From an uncultured bacterium (GTDB lineage: Bacteria > Hydrothermota > Tepidihabitantia > Tepidihabitantales > Tepidihabitantaceae), in the NCBI GenBank assembly GCA_964590395.1, contig CAZPVT010000005.1, positions 182,064 to 246,063 of the forward strand: a DNA stretch of 64,000 nucleotides, read 5' to 3'. Shown piece after piece: positions 8,481 through 18,282 of the stretch. The translations under genes were made by a program, and so were the position numbers. The notes beneath the pieces were generated by a model. That model searched no databases and was not told where the DNA came from. It saw nothing but the letters and a program-made list of their open reading frames with translations. The stretch's first letter is position 1; every line of letters starts with the position of its first letter.

Positions 8481-10223
8481 TCAGCTGAGTTTACGTAGGG
8501 CGCGTTCCATCGCCTGCTTCACTTCGTTAAATCCTTCACGGCTGAGCGCGGTTTTTAGTGCTGGTATTGCTGATGGATCACCGATGTCGGCAAGTGCCTT
8601 GGCAGCGGCTTTGCGCACATCCTGGCTGGCATCAGAAAGGGCAATACAGAGGTCCTGGACCGCTACCGGGGAGCGGATTTTGCCGAGGGTTTTTACTGCT
8701 TCTAATCTAATTTCAACTCGTTGGTCGCGCAGGCGGGGCAAAAGACATTCTACTGCCTGACTGCCGGCTTCTGCCAGAGCACCCCACTCTTGTCGGGCAC
8801 AAAAAAACAGTAGCCTCAGCTTTGGTTCGGTCGGAATTACCCTTTGGGCAACCAGTGCTTCGGCTGCCGCTTTGCGAACTGCGGCATCCTCATCGGCTAA
8901 TGCCTGAATCAGAGCGGGGGTATTTTGAGATGAGGTAGTAAAATTCAATCCCAGGGCAAAAGCGGCAAATTCGCGCGCATTGGGGTTGGTTTCACTTATA
9001 AGCATATGAGCAAGTTTTTCGTCGGCGTTAGGGTATGTTTTAGGGGTGATGGCGCGGGCAGCGGCATTACGAACCTCGAGATCGCCGTCGCGTAGCGCAA
9101 AAAGCAGTCTTTCCAGCGCTATATTTCTGGTGGTAGGCGTGGTATTTTCTGGTAGCCGGGCAAGTGCAGAAGCGGCACGCACCCTGACTTCCATTTCTAA
9201 ATCGTCAAGTGCAAGGAGAAGCAGTTTGACCGCACTTTCCGGATTAAAGGTTAGCAATTTTCCCGCGGTTGCCCCGATGACGGCAATTTTTAGTTCCGTA
9301 GGTTCATCAGGATGAGAAAAAATCTCACCGTACCTTGCCAGTGCCCGTTCCGGATTTATTACCGCAAGTCGTTCCAGTGCCAGTGCCTGAAGGTATGTCA
9401 GCCCCTCTTCTGCCAGCCGGCGTTCAATCAGTTCATTCAACTCCATTGGGTCCTCTGTGCTTAATATCAGTTTTTCTAATTCTTTTTCCGCTTGGTGCTT
9501 ATCGTTTTCTGTCGCGGTGAATTTTGTCTGGGTTAGATAGAAATTAAGCACTTGTTCGGTTGTCCGGGGTTGGAAATTCCGCTGTTTAAGTACCTGCAAG
9601 GCAATCATCCTTTCTTGTGGCTGGGCGGAAAGCAGACGACCAAGTAGCTCATGTTCCAGTGTTGGTGATTTACTATTTGCCAGTGCCGTCAGGGTATATT
9701 GATACAGTTCATATAAAAAAAGGCAGTTTTTAAAATGAACGTGGAATTCTTTATCAATCTCCTTGATTTCCTCATTCATCGTTTGCTTAATCTGCTCAAT
9801 TTCAACGGGATTTCCGCCGCGCCGTCGCACTTCGGCAATGCTTTTTTCATAGCCACTAACCACTCTTGCCAGTAGTGTTAACCGAACCCGGCTGACCACC
9901 TTTTCCACCAAACCAAGCTCAGTTTCAGCATTTTCCCATTTGAAATCCGATTCATTTGTTGGGAACTTAGCCTTTAAGGGTGGAGAGGGTAAGCCACTGA
10001 GAATACGAAACAGAAATTCAATATCGTCTTCGGTTCCAGACTCTGCCTTGGCAGTTAAGACCTGTTTTAACTTAACTAACTCTTGGTTTAGACGATGGGA
10101 AAAGTCGCGCAGTTTTTCTGCTACTTCCGGACGGTTGAGATCCACAGTTTCGAAAAGCCGCCAATGGGATAATAATTCTAAGAGCTTATCTTCTGGTTTT
10201 GTTCTTTTCAGCAGCCATCTCAT
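8481..10223 (-). CDS. HEAT-repeat (PBS-lyase type) protein.
   Basis: C-terminal tandem repeats of about 30 aa with the pattern ...VRxxAAxALGxIGdP.... Confidence 0.7.
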   Translation of the reverse strand: MRWLLKRTKPEDKLLELLSHWRLFETVDLNRPEVAEKLRDFSHRLNQELVKLKQVLTAKAESGTEDDIEFLFRILSGLPSPPLKAKFPTNESDFKWENAETELGLVEKVVSRVRLTLLARVVSGYEKSIAEVRRRGGNPVEIEQIKQTMNEEIKEIDKEFHVHFKNCLFLYELYQYTLTALANSKSPTLEHELLGRLLSAQPQERMIALQVLKQRNFQPRTTEQVLNFYLTQTKFTATENDKHQAEKELEKLILSTEDPMELNELIERRLAEEGLTYLQALALERLAVINPERALARYGEIFSHPDEPTELKIAVIGATAGKLLTFNPESAVKLLLLALDDLEMEVRVRAASALARLPENTTPTTRNIALERLLFALRDGDLEVRNAAARAITPKTYPNADEKLAHMLISETNPNAREFAAFALGLNFTTSSQNTPALIQALADEDAAVRKAAAEALVAQRVIPTEPKLRLLFFCARQEWGALAEAGSQAVECLLPRLRDQRVEIRLEAVKTLGKIRSPVAVQDLCIALSDASQDVRKAAAKALADIGDPSAIPALKTALSREGFNEVKQAMERALRKLS

Positions 10224-10385
10224 TTTTGATTAGGTTATCACTGATAAAGAAAAAATCAAGACGAGTAGGTGCTAAAATTTAAGTAATGGCTGTTTTCGGT
10301 ATTATTAAGGAGAAACAGTGCCAATGTTGACCTAAGTGATATTGAAGTTAATATTTTTATACTAAAAGCCAAAAAGGAGGTAGCA

Positions 10386-13289
10386 GTGGTTAAGGTAGTG
10401 GTAGTGTTAATGATGTTGTTAGTGAGTTTGGGGTTCGGGCTGATCAGTCCGGATCTTCAGGCTCGTTTGGCGACGGCAGCGATGGATGCTCGTCTGCCGG
10501 TGCAGATTGTGTTGAAGCGGCAGTTTGATGTTGAGGAGTTGAATGCGCTGGTTAGCGGTTTACCGCGGCGGGAGCGACGGGTGCTGGTGGCGCGGACGTT
10601 GCAGGATTTTGCTCAGCGGGAGCAGGCAGGTCTACTTGAGTATTTAAAGGAGAAGGAGCGGGTAGGGTTAGTGGCGGACATTAGGACAATGTGGATTGTG
10701 AATGCGGTTTACTGTGAGGCGACGCCGGCGGTGATTCGGGAGGTAGCGCAGCGGGCAGAGGTACACTATGTTGAGTATGATTTAGTGCACTGTCCGGATT
10801 TATTGGTGAAGCCGAGGGAGGTAGGGTCGGGTGGTTATGAGGTCACCTGGGGTGTGCAGAAGATAAGGGCGCCGGAAGTTTGGACCCAGGGTTACACTGG
10901 TCAGGGTGTGGTGTGCGGGCACATTGATACGGGTTGTGATTACACCCATCCGGATCTGGCGGATCATATGTGGGAGGATCCGAACTATCCTCGCCATGGT
11001 TGGAATTTTGAGAACAACAACAATGATCCGATGGATGTGCAGGGTCATGGGACGCATACGGCTGGGACGGTGGCGAGTGATGGGACGAGTGGGAGTCAGT
11101 GTGGTGTGGCGCCAGATGCGCGGATAATGGTGTGCCGGGTGAGGACGGTAGCGGATTCGGTGGCGGAGAGTCAGTGCTGGCAGGCGATGCAGTTTGTGGT
11201 TTCGCCGCCTCTGTCTCCGGAGAATGGCGCGGATCTGTACACAATGTCTTTGGGGTGGCAGATCTCCTGGAATCCGCGTCAGGCGACCTGGCGACAGGTG
11301 GCGGACAATGTGAATGCGGCAGGGGTGATTCAGATCATCGCAGCGGGCAATGAGCGGTATCTCAATCCACCCAACTCCTTACGTTGTCCGGGTAATGTGC
11401 CGCCGCCTTGGTGGAATCCGCAGAACAGTGGGCAGGGTGCGCTTTCCGGGGTGATTTCAATCGGAGCGACCGACTCACTGGATGCGATTGCGAGTTTTTC
11501 CAGTCGCGGTCCGGTTACCTGGCAGAATGTGGCGCCGTATAATGACTATCCGTATCCGCCGGGTTTGACCAAGCCGGATGTGAGTGCACCGGGAGTGGCG
11601 GTGAAGTCCTGTCGGGTTGGTGGTGGTTATGTGGAGATGGATGGAACTTCGATGGCGACACCACACACCGCGGGTGTGGCCTGTCTGATGCTTTCGAAGA
11701 ATCCGAATCTCAGTCCGATGGTGGTGGACTCAATTCTTGAGGTCACCGCGGTGGATTTGGGCACTCCGGGCAAGGATAACGACTTTGGTGCAGGTAGAAT
11801 TGATGCGCTGGTAGCGGTGAACCATATAACCGGTTCTGGCGGTCCGATGCTATTTCTGCGTAATATGGTGGTGCATGATTCACCACCCGGCGGCAACAAC
11901 AACGGTCGGGTAGACCCTGGTGAACAGGCGCGGCTCAGGATTACCTTGCGCAACTCTGGTGGTGCGGCTTGCAACAACACGGTCGGGGTGTTTCGTGCCT
12001 TTGACAGCCGGTTAACGGTTACCGACTCACTGGGTAGTTGGGGCAACATTCCGGCTGGTGAGGAACGAACCAATACCACAGATCCAATTGGGGTGATGGC
12101 GCAGGGAACAATACCGCCAGGCTCCAACATCGCTTGTACCCTGTTTGTCTCGGGCGATAGTGCCGATTATCAGACGAAAATAGCGATTGCGCTACGTGTC
12201 GGTGAGCCACCACCTCAGCCGGGAACGGTTATCTGGGGACCAAAGGTTTGTCCGGGTATGCCAAGCGACTGGGGTCTGTATGGCGTTGCATATAACCGTC
12301 AGGATAATCTAATTTACTGTGTTTATTTCTTTGGCACAGCACTTTATAAATACACCTCGGACAGTTCCCTGCAATCACAGGGTACGGTACCAATTCCTGA
12401 GGATTCCTGTACCGATATCTACTATTGTTCGTATGATAATACATTCTGGCTGATTGCTAATCCACCGAAGCGCGTCTACAAGATTACACCTACCGGCTCA
12501 GTGATTCGGTACTTCACCGTTCCGCAGGCAGAGTATCCCTGTGGTGTGGCAGAGGATGAGGAGCGGCATCTGGTGTATGTGAGCGATCGACGCAGTACTA
12601 CCAATCAGCAGCGGATTTTTGTCTATGATACGATAGGGAATATTCTGGATACCATTATTCATCCGGTTGCCGGGTACTATGGTACGAGATGCCTATCAAT
12701 GGATCACCGTTCGCCGAGCAATACACCATCAATTCTGAATATGTACACCTGGTTTGACGCAAGCGGCACAGCCTTGGATTCCTGTGCGATGTTGGAAATC
12801 GACCGGGTTAATGGTACGCTCCGCAATCGCTTCCGCTTTACCAATACCGAGTGGAATATGAGGGGTATTGAATACGACCCTCGAGATGGCTCATACTGGG
12901 TAACGATAATGCAGTACAGCTCAGGTTCCAATAATATGATTCTGAAGGTGGTCGGGTTTAATATGGGTGCGGTAGGCTTGGCTGAGGATTATAGAAGTTT
13001 ACCTGAGCAGTTGGGTTGGCTAAAGACGTCTGCCAAACCAAATCCCGCTACGGGTCGCACGGTTCTTTCAGTTTCAGTTCCGCAACCGGGAAATGTCGAT
13101 CTGCAAATTTTTGACAATGCTGGTCGGCTGGTGAGAGATTTAGTTCGAACGAAATTTGTAACCACCCAGGCGGAATTTGTTTGGGACGGGCGGGACGATT
13201 ATGGCAATGAGGTGGCGCGTGGTGTTTATTTCTATCGGGTAAAATCGGCAAACTGCGAGCAGTTAGGCAAAGTGGTTCTGACACGTTGA
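10386..13289 (+). CDS. S8 family serine peptidase (subtilase) with a propeller-like middle region and a T9SS (Por) C-terminal sorting domain.
   Basis: GTG start after AAGGAGG. Signal peptide. Asp/His/Ser triad motifs HIDTGCD, HGTHTAG and GTSMATPH. The C-terminal ~80 aa match the T9SS CTD pattern (…GVYFYRVKS…KVVLTR). Confidence 0.85.
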   Translation: MVKVVVVLMMLLVSLGFGLISPDLQARLATAAMDARLPVQIVLKRQFDVEELNALVSGLPRRERRVLVARTLQDFAQREQAGLLEYLKEKERVGLVADIRTMWIVNAVYCEATPAVIREVAQRAEVHYVEYDLVHCPDLLVKPREVGSGGYEVTWGVQKIRAPEVWTQGYTGQGVVCGHIDTGCDYTHPDLADHMWEDPNYPRHGWNFENNNNDPMDVQGHGTHTAGTVASDGTSGSQCGVAPDARIMVCRVRTVADSVAESQCWQAMQFVVSPPLSPENGADLYTMSLGWQISWNPRQATWRQVADNVNAAGVIQIIAAGNERYLNPPNSLRCPGNVPPPWWNPQNSGQGALSGVISIGATDSLDAIASFSSRGPVTWQNVAPYNDYPYPPGLTKPDVSAPGVAVKSCRVGGGYVEMDGTSMATPHTAGVACLMLSKNPNLSPMVVDSILEVTAVDLGTPGKDNDFGAGRIDALVAVNHITGSGGPMLFLRNMVVHDSPPGGNNNGRVDPGEQARLRITLRNSGGAACNNTVGVFRAFDSRLTVTDSLGSWGNIPAGEERTNTTDPIGVMAQGTIPPGSNIACTLFVSGDSADYQTKIAIALRVGEPPPQPGTVIWGPKVCPGMPSDWGLYGVAYNRQDNLIYCVYFFGTALYKYTSDSSLQSQGTVPIPEDSCTDIYYCSYDNTFWLIANPPKRVYKITPTGSVIRYFTVPQAEYPCGVAEDEERHLVYVSDRRSTTNQQRIFVYDTIGNILDTIIHPVAGYYGTRCLSMDHRSPSNTPSILNMYTWFDASGTALDSCAMLEIDRVNGTLRNRFRFTNTEWNMRGIEYDPRDGSYWVTIMQYSSGSNNMILKVVGFNMGAVGLAEDYRSLPEQLGWLKTSAKPNPATGRTVLSVSVPQPGNVDLQIFDNAGRLVRDLVRTKFVTTQAEFVWDGRDDYGNEVARGVYFYRVKSANCEQLGKVVLTR

Positions 13290-13308
13290 GGCATCAACGC
13301 CTTTCTAC

Positions 13309-13344
13309 GGGGCAGGGCAGATTCACCCTGCCCCGAATTATTTA
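13309..13344 (+). terminator. Rho-independent terminator-like hairpin after the S8 gene: a GC-rich 10-bp stem (CGGGGCAGGG…CCCTGCCCCG) followed by an A/T tract.
   Basis: Inverted repeat read directly. The downstream T-run is weak. Confidence 0.45.
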
Positions 13345-13394
13345 ATGGATAAACTTGACCTGGATATTTGGGTAAATAATATATTCTAAAATTT

Positions 13395-13467
13395 GCCGAC
13401 ATAGCTCAGCCGGTAGAGCAGAGGTTTTGTAAACCTCAGGTCGGGGGTTCGATTCCCTCTGTCGGCT
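13395..13467 (+). tRNA. tRNA-Thr (anticodon TGT).
   Basis: Cloverleaf read by hand: anticodon loop uuUGUaa, T-loop GTTCGATTC. Confidence 0.88.
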
Positions 13468-13485
13468 GAAGATAGTAGAAATTAC

Positions 13486-13568
13486 GGACGGGTTCCCGAG
13501 TGGTTAAAGGGGGCAGACTGTAAATCTGCTGGCGGATGCCTACGGAGGTTCGAATCCTTCCCCGTCCA
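13486..13568 (+). tRNA. tRNA-Tyr (anticodon GTA), with a long variable arm.
   Basis: 83 nt; acceptor GGACGGG/CCCGTCC; anticodon loop cuGUAaa. Confidence 0.88.
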
Positions 13569-13584
13569 TATGTTTTCCTAGTGT

Positions 13585-13655
13585 GCGGGCGTGGTGTAGT
13601 GGTAGCACAACAGCCTTCCAAGCTGTTTGCGTGGGTTCGACTCCCATCGCCCGCT
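13585..13655 (+). tRNA. tRNA-Gly (anticodon TCC).
   Basis: Acceptor GCGGGCG/CGCCCGC; anticodon loop cuUCCaa. Confidence 0.88.
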
Positions 13656-13694
13656 AATGGATTGATAAAGTTAAATATCTAGGTAAAGAAATTA

Positions 13695-13722
13695 TTGACA
13701 GGTGATATTTTATTGGTATAAT
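13695..13722 (+). promoter_or_regulatory. Near-consensus sigma70 promoter: TTGACA, 16-nt spacer, TATAAT. It sits upstream of tRNA-Thr(GGT) and tuf.
   Basis: Exact hexamers at 13695-13700 and 13717-13722. Confidence 0.5.
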
Positions 13723-13737
13723 TACAAAGTTATAGTC

Positions 13738-13810
13738 GCCCATGTAGCTCAGTCGGCAGAGCACTTCCTTGGTAAGGAAGAGGTCGCCGGTTCAATTCCG
13801 GCCGTGGGCT
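13738..13810 (+). tRNA. tRNA-Thr (anticodon GGT).
   Basis: Acceptor GCCCATG/CGTGGGC with one G-U pair; anticodon loop uuGGUaa. Confidence 0.88.
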
Positions 13811-13883
13811 GAGTTTAAGTTAGAGGTTACCTCTAAAGGTAATGGTTGTGTTAATAAATTTGTATTATAAGGAGGTATAGTTT

Positions 13884-15086
13884 ATGGCTAAAGCAAAGTT
13901 TGAACGCAAAAAGCCGCATGTGAACGTCGGAACAATTGGCCATGTAGACCATGGGAAAACGACCTTAACTGCTGCAATCACTAAGGTGTTATCAACAAAA
14001 GGATTGGCAACTTATGTTACTTATGACCAAGTGGCAAAGGCAAGTGAAGCCCATGGCCGCCGCGATGAAACAAAAATCCTGACGATCGCCGTTTCCCATG
14101 TAGAGTATGAAAGCGAAAAGAGACACTATGCTCATATTGACTGCCCCGGACACGCTGACTACATCAAGAACATGATTACTGGTGCAGCACAGATGGACGG
14201 TGCGATCTTGGTAGTTTCTGCTGCCGACGGTCCTATGCCACAAACAACTGAGCATGTGTTGTTGGCTCGGCAGGTTAACGTTCCAGCAATGGTAGTTTAT
14301 CTAAACAAAGTTGACTTGGTGGACGACCCTGACTTAATTGAACTTGTTTCCGAAGAAATCAGAGATATCTTGAATAAGTACGGGTTTCCCGGCGATAAAA
14401 CACCGATTATCAGAGGCAGTTCCTTGAAAGCGCTCCAAGAGGAATCCGGGTCAAATGTTGATTCCATTTGGGAGTTAATAAAGGCGCTAGATGAGTTTAT
14501 TCCTGAACCGGTGCGAGATATTGATAAGCCATTCCTAATGCCTATTGAGGATATCTTTTCAATTACGGGAAGAGGTACCGTAGTAACCGGGCGCGTTGAG
14601 CGTGGTATCTTTAAACCCGGTAGCGAAGTTGAAATCGTTGGTTTTGGAAAACATGATAAGGTGGTGGTGACAAGTATTGAAATGTTTCGCAAGGTTTTGG
14701 ACGATGCGCGTGCTGGAGATAATGTGGGTTTGCTTTTGCGCGGAGTAGGTAAAGACGAAGTTGAGCGAGGGATGGTTATTGCCGCACCGGGTTCAATTAA
14801 GCCTTATAAGAAGTTCAAAGCCGAGGTTTATGTCCTTACCAAGGAAGAAGGAGGCAGGCATACACCTTTCTTCCCTGGTTATCGCCCGCAATTTTATATC
14901 CGGACCACTGATGTTACTGGAACAGTGCAGTTACCGCAAGGAGTGGAGATGGTGATGCCCGGTGATCATATTACGATGGAGATTGAACTGATCACACCGG
15001 TGGCGCTGGAACAGAATTCAAAGTTTGCTATTCGTGAGGGCGGTAGAACTGTCGGTGCCGGTACGGTTGTTGAGATAATCGAGTAG
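13884..15086 (+). CDS. tuf: Elongation factor Tu.
   Basis: [18 protein letters not shown] and NKVD G-domain motifs; 400 aa; AAGGAGG ribosome-binding site. Confidence 0.97.
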   Translation: MAKAKFERKKPHVNVGTIGHVDHGKTTLTAAITKVLSTKGLATYVTYDQVAKASEAHGRRDETKILTIAVSHVEYESEKRHYAHIDCPGHADYIKNMITGAAQMDGAILVVSAADGPMPQTTEHVLLARQVNVPAMVVYLNKVDLVDDPDLIELVSEEIRDILNKYGFPGDKTPIIRGSSLKALQEESGSNVDSIWELIKALDEFIPEPVRDIDKPFLMPIEDIFSITGRGTVVTGRVERGIFKPGSEVEIVGFGKHDKVVVTSIEMFRKVLDDARAGDNVGLLLRGVGKDEVERGMVIAAPGSIKPYKKFKAEVYVLTKEEGGRHTPFFPGYRPQFYIRTTDVTGTVQLPQGVEMVMPGDHITMEIELITPVALEQNSKFAIREGGRTVGAGTVVEIIE

Positions 15087-15095
15087 CAAAAAGCG

Positions 15096-15242
15096 ATGCG
15101 TATTTTTATTACTTTAGCCTGCTCCGAATGTAAAAGCAGAAATTATCATACGAACAAGAACAAAAAGAAAACGCAGAGGATGGAATTGAAAAAATTCTGT
15201 CCCAGTTGTAAGAAACATACTGTTCACAAGGAGGTTAAATAG
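15096..15242 (+). CDS. rpmG: 50S ribosomal protein L33 (48 aa). Absent from the ORF track because it is below the length cut-off.
   Basis: Hand translation gives [48 protein letters not shown]. It has the two Cys pairs and the conserved position between tuf and tRNA-Trp/secE. Confidence 0.8.
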   Translation: MRIFITLACSECKSRNYHTNKNKKKTQRMELKKFCPSCKKHTVHKEVK

Positions 15243-15313
15243 GCCAGTAGCTCTAATGGTAGAGCGGCGGACTCCAAATCCGTAGGTTGGGGGTTCAAGT
15301 CCCTCCTGGCCTG
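15241..15313 (+). tRNA. tRNA-Trp (anticodon CCA). It overlaps the rpmG stop codon by 2 nt.
   Basis: Acceptor AGGCCAG/CTGGCCT; anticodon loop cuCCAaa; T-loop GTTCAAGTC. Confidence 0.88.
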
Positions 15314-15321
15314 CATAAAAG

Positions 15322-15513
15322 ATGGGGACAATTAAAAAAATAAAAGAGTATATAAAAGATGTGATTAGTGAGATGAAAAAGGTGTCTTGGGTGAAACCCA
15401 AAGAATTATGGACGACAACACTGGTGGTTATTGTTTTTTCGGCAATTCTTGCTGGGTTCATTGGATTATGGGATTTTGTTTTTTCGCGACTTCTGGCGCT
15501 GATCATCCGTTAA
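15322..15513 (+). CDS. secE: Preprotein translocase subunit SecE.
   Basis: 63 aa with a single C-terminal TM helix, in the conserved position before nusG. Confidence 0.8.
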   Translation: MGTIKKIKEYIKDVISEMKKVSWVKPKELWTTTLVVIVFSAILAGFIGLWDFVFSRLLALIIR

Positions 15514-15530
15514 GTGTCCGGAGTAGAATA

Positions 15531-16055
15531 ATGAAATTTTTTGTTGTTCATACTTATACGGGAAGGGAAAAACGAATAAAGGAGTTGATCGAGAAGGCAA
15601 TTAAAGCACAAGGTATGCAGTTTCTTTTCGGAAAGATCATTTTGCCCGCAGAAAAGGTGGCAAGGGTAAGAAAATCAAAAATTGTTACCGAGGAAAAGCG
15701 GTTGTATCCTGGCTATTTGGTAGTGGAAATGGAACCGGTTGAAGAAGCGCTGAAATTGGTTACCTCGATACCGGGGGTTACTCATATTCTGGGAACGAGG
15801 CAGCGGCCACTGGCACTTTCAGAAGATGAGGTGGAAGCGATTTGTGAGCAGATTGAACAGAGCCGGGACAAAATTGAACCGGAAGCTCCTTTTGAAAAAG
15901 GTGAGACAGTTAAGGTAACAAAAGGACCATTTGCCGGGTTTACTGGTACGGTTGAGGAAATTATTCCCGAACGGCGTCGGGTGAAGGTAATGGTTACTAT
16001 ATTCGGCAGACCAACACCCATTGACCTTGATTTTCTCGAGGTACAGCCTATTTAG
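15531..16055 (+). CDS. nusG: Transcription termination/antitermination factor NusG. The ATG at 15531 follows a GGAG; the track's start at 15387 overlaps secE and is rejected.
   Basis: NGN domain (FVVHTYTGREK) followed by a KOW domain (VKVTKGPFAGFTGTVEE). Confidence 0.92.
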   Translation: MKFFVVHTYTGREKRIKELIEKAIKAQGMQFLFGKIILPAEKVARVRKSKIVTEEKRLYPGYLVVEMEPVEEALKLVTSIPGVTHILGTRQRPLALSEDEVEAICEQIEQSRDKIEPEAPFEKGETVKVTKGPFAGFTGTVEEIIPERRRVKVMVTIFGRPTPIDLDFLEVQPI

Positions 16056-16075
16056 ATTAGAAAGGAGTTTACAGG

Positions 16076-16504
16076 ATGGCCAAAAAGATTGTGGCGATAG
16101 TTAAATTGCAGGTTCCAGCAGGACAAGCAACTGCAGCACCGCCAATTGGACCGGCTTTAGGGCAGCACGGTGTTAACATCGCTGAGTTTATTAAGGCGGT
16201 TAATGAGGCGACAAGAAAAGAACCTCCGGGGATGTTAATTCCGGTAGTAGTTACAATTTATTCGGACCGTAAGTTTACTTTTATTACCAAGAGCCCACCG
16301 GCATCAGTTTTGTTAAAACAGGCAGCAGGTTTGGCAAAAGGTTCGCCGGAGCCAAATCGGTCAAAAGTTGGAGTGGTCAGTCGTAAGGCGCTTCGGGAGA
16401 TAGCGGAAAAAAAGATGAAGGACCTAAATGCCAGTACAGTGGAAGCAGCGATGAAGATAGTTGAAGGAACAGCCCATTCCATGGGGCTGACGGTGGAGGA
16501 TTAA
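16076..16504 (+). CDS. rplK: 50S ribosomal protein L11.
   Basis: [35 protein letters not shown]. Confidence 0.95.
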   Translation: MAKKIVAIVKLQVPAGQATAAPPIGPALGQHGVNIAEFIKAVNEATRKEPPGMLIPVVVTIYSDRKFTFITKSPPASVLLKQAAGLAKGSPEPNRSKVGVVSRKALREIAEKKMKDLNASTVEAAMKIVEGTAHSMGLTVED

Positions 16505-17214
16505 TGAAACGGAGTAAGCGGTATCGAAAAACAAGAGAGATGGTTGATCGTTTACAGGCGTACTCGTTAGCCGAAGCGGTAAGGTTGGTTAAGGAAAATG
16601 CCAATGTAAAGTTTGATGAAACCGTCGAGGTGGCGGTACGACTGGGTATCGATCCAAAGAAACAGGAACAGACGGTTGCGGGGACAGTGAGTTTGCCTCA
16701 TGGCACCGGGCGAAAGGTAAGGATATTGGCTTTTGTCAAGGGGGACAAGGCAGAAGAGGCTAAGGCTGCCGGTGCCGATTATGTCGGATTTGATGATTTA
16801 GTGGAGAAGGTCGGGTCCGGATGGACCGATTTTGATGTTGCGGTAGCGACGCCAGATACGATGCCGGCGGTAGGTAGATTAGGAAAAATTTTAGGGCCTA
16901 AGGGGCTTATGCCCTCGCCAAAGACCCAAACTGTTTCTTTTGATATTGGCGCAACAATTCGAGAGTTGAAGTCGGGACGAATTAGTTACCGCAGCGATAA
17001 AACCGGAAATGTTCATGCTGCGGTTGGTAAGGTATCGTTTCGTCCTGAACAGTTAATGGAAAATATTCAAATGTTCATCCGGGAGTTGATCAGGAATAAA
17101 CCTACTACAGCCAAGGGACAGTTTATCCGTAAAGTGGTAATTTCTTCTACTATGGGGATAGGAATAAAGGTTGATACCAGGGAGTTTACTGAAATGACTA
17201 AACGGGAGGTGTGA
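16504..17214 (+). CDS. rplA: 50S ribosomal protein L1. Joined to rplK by a TAATG overlap.
   Basis: Family-typical sequence of 236 aa. Confidence 0.95.
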   Translation: MKRSKRYRKTREMVDRLQAYSLAEAVRLVKENANVKFDETVEVAVRLGIDPKKQEQTVAGTVSLPHGTGRKVRILAFVKGDKAEEAKAAGADYVGFDDLVEKVGSGWTDFDVAVATPDTMPAVGRLGKILGPKGLMPSPKTQTVSFDIGATIRELKSGRISYRSDKTGNVHAAVGKVSFRPEQLMENIQMFIRELIRNKPTTAKGQFIRKVVISSTMGIGIKVDTREFTEMTKREV

Positions 17215-17215
17215 T

Positions 17216-17773
17216 TTGCAGAAAAGCAAAAAGGCGAGGTTTATTGAGGAGTTGCAGGATAGAATTAGGCATTCGACCGCGATGTTTTTTATTGATTTCG
17301 CTGGTATAACCGGTAATGAATTCAGTATTCTGCGACGCGAGGGAAGGGCAAGAAATTTAAGGGTAAAAGTGGTGAAGAATCGATTGGCAAAGCGGGCATT
17401 AGCCGCATGTGGAGTGCCAGATGCGGTTGCGCAGTTTTTAGTCGGGTCAACGGCGATAATTTTTTCCGCTGCGGATCCGACCGCCCCGGCGCAGTTACTT
17501 AAGGGAGTAAAAGAACGACAGGGAAATCTGAAGTTTAAGGGTGCGTATCTGGAGCAGAGGATTTTTGCCGCGTCAGATTTCGATTTTCTGACCAGCCTAC
17601 CAACGAAGGAGGAATTGAGAAAAGAGTTACTGGGAGTTTTAGCAGGTCATATATACGGTTTAGTGATGGTTTTAGGCGGGCCTCTGGAACAGTTGATTGG
17701 GATTTTAGGAGAACTGGAGAAAAAGAAAGTAAACCAAGCAGAAGCAATGGGGGGGAAATGTTCCGAGGCATAA
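17216..17773 (+). CDS. rplJ: 50S ribosomal protein L10, with a TTG start 1 nt after the rplA stop.
   Basis: L10 fold sequence. No long leader separates rplA and rplJ, unlike E. coli. Confidence 0.88.
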   Translation: MQKSKKARFIEELQDRIRHSTAMFFIDFAGITGNEFSILRREGRARNLRVKVVKNRLAKRALAACGVPDAVAQFLVGSTAIIFSAADPTAPAQLLKGVKERQGNLKFKGAYLEQRIFAASDFDFLTSLPTKEELRKELLGVLAGHIYGLVMVLGGPLEQLIGILGELEKKKVNQAEAMGGKCSEA

Positions 17774-17827
17774 GATTGCTGCTTCTCATAAGCAAAGTAG
17801 GAAAATAGTTTAACTTAAGGAGGCAAA

Positions 17828-18223
17828 ATGTCTGAGGACAAAGTCCAACAGTTGATGGCAATGATTGAAAGTTTGAGCGTAACCGAGTTGGCATCACTGA
17901 TAAAACAACTTAAAGAAAGATTCGGTATAACAGGCCAGGCATTGGTAGCAAGTCCAGCAGCTCCAGTGGCGGGAAGTGGTGCCGCAGGTACGGAAGCAAA
18001 GACGGAGGAAAAAACCGAGTGGACGGTTACGTTGGTTGCTGTTGGAGATAAGAAAATCCAGGTTTTAAAAGAACTGCGGGCGTTGACTCAGTTGGGGTTA
18101 AAGGAGGCCAAAGATATAATTGAGAAGACCCCCAGTGTCATAAAGGAAAACGCAAGCCGAGAGGAGGCAGAACGGCTTAAGGCAAAACTGGAAGAGGTGG
18201 GTGCCAAAGTGGAGATCAAGTAA
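17828..18223 (+). CDS. rplL: 50S ribosomal protein L7/L12.
   Basis: N-terminal dimerisation helix, Ala/Pro/Gly hinge, and a C-terminal domain with EAKDIIEK…KLEEVGAKVEIK. Confidence 0.95.
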   Translation: MSEDKVQQLMAMIESLSVTELASLIKQLKERFGITGQALVASPAAPVAGSGAAGTEAKTEEKTEWTVTLVAVGDKKIQVLKELRALTQLGLKEAKDIIEKTPSVIKENASREEAERLKAKLEEVGAKVEIK

Positions 18224-18282
18224 GATTTCGGAATTTAATTCCTGATGGTAATCCGAGTTAATGGGTATTAATTTAGAGGGGT

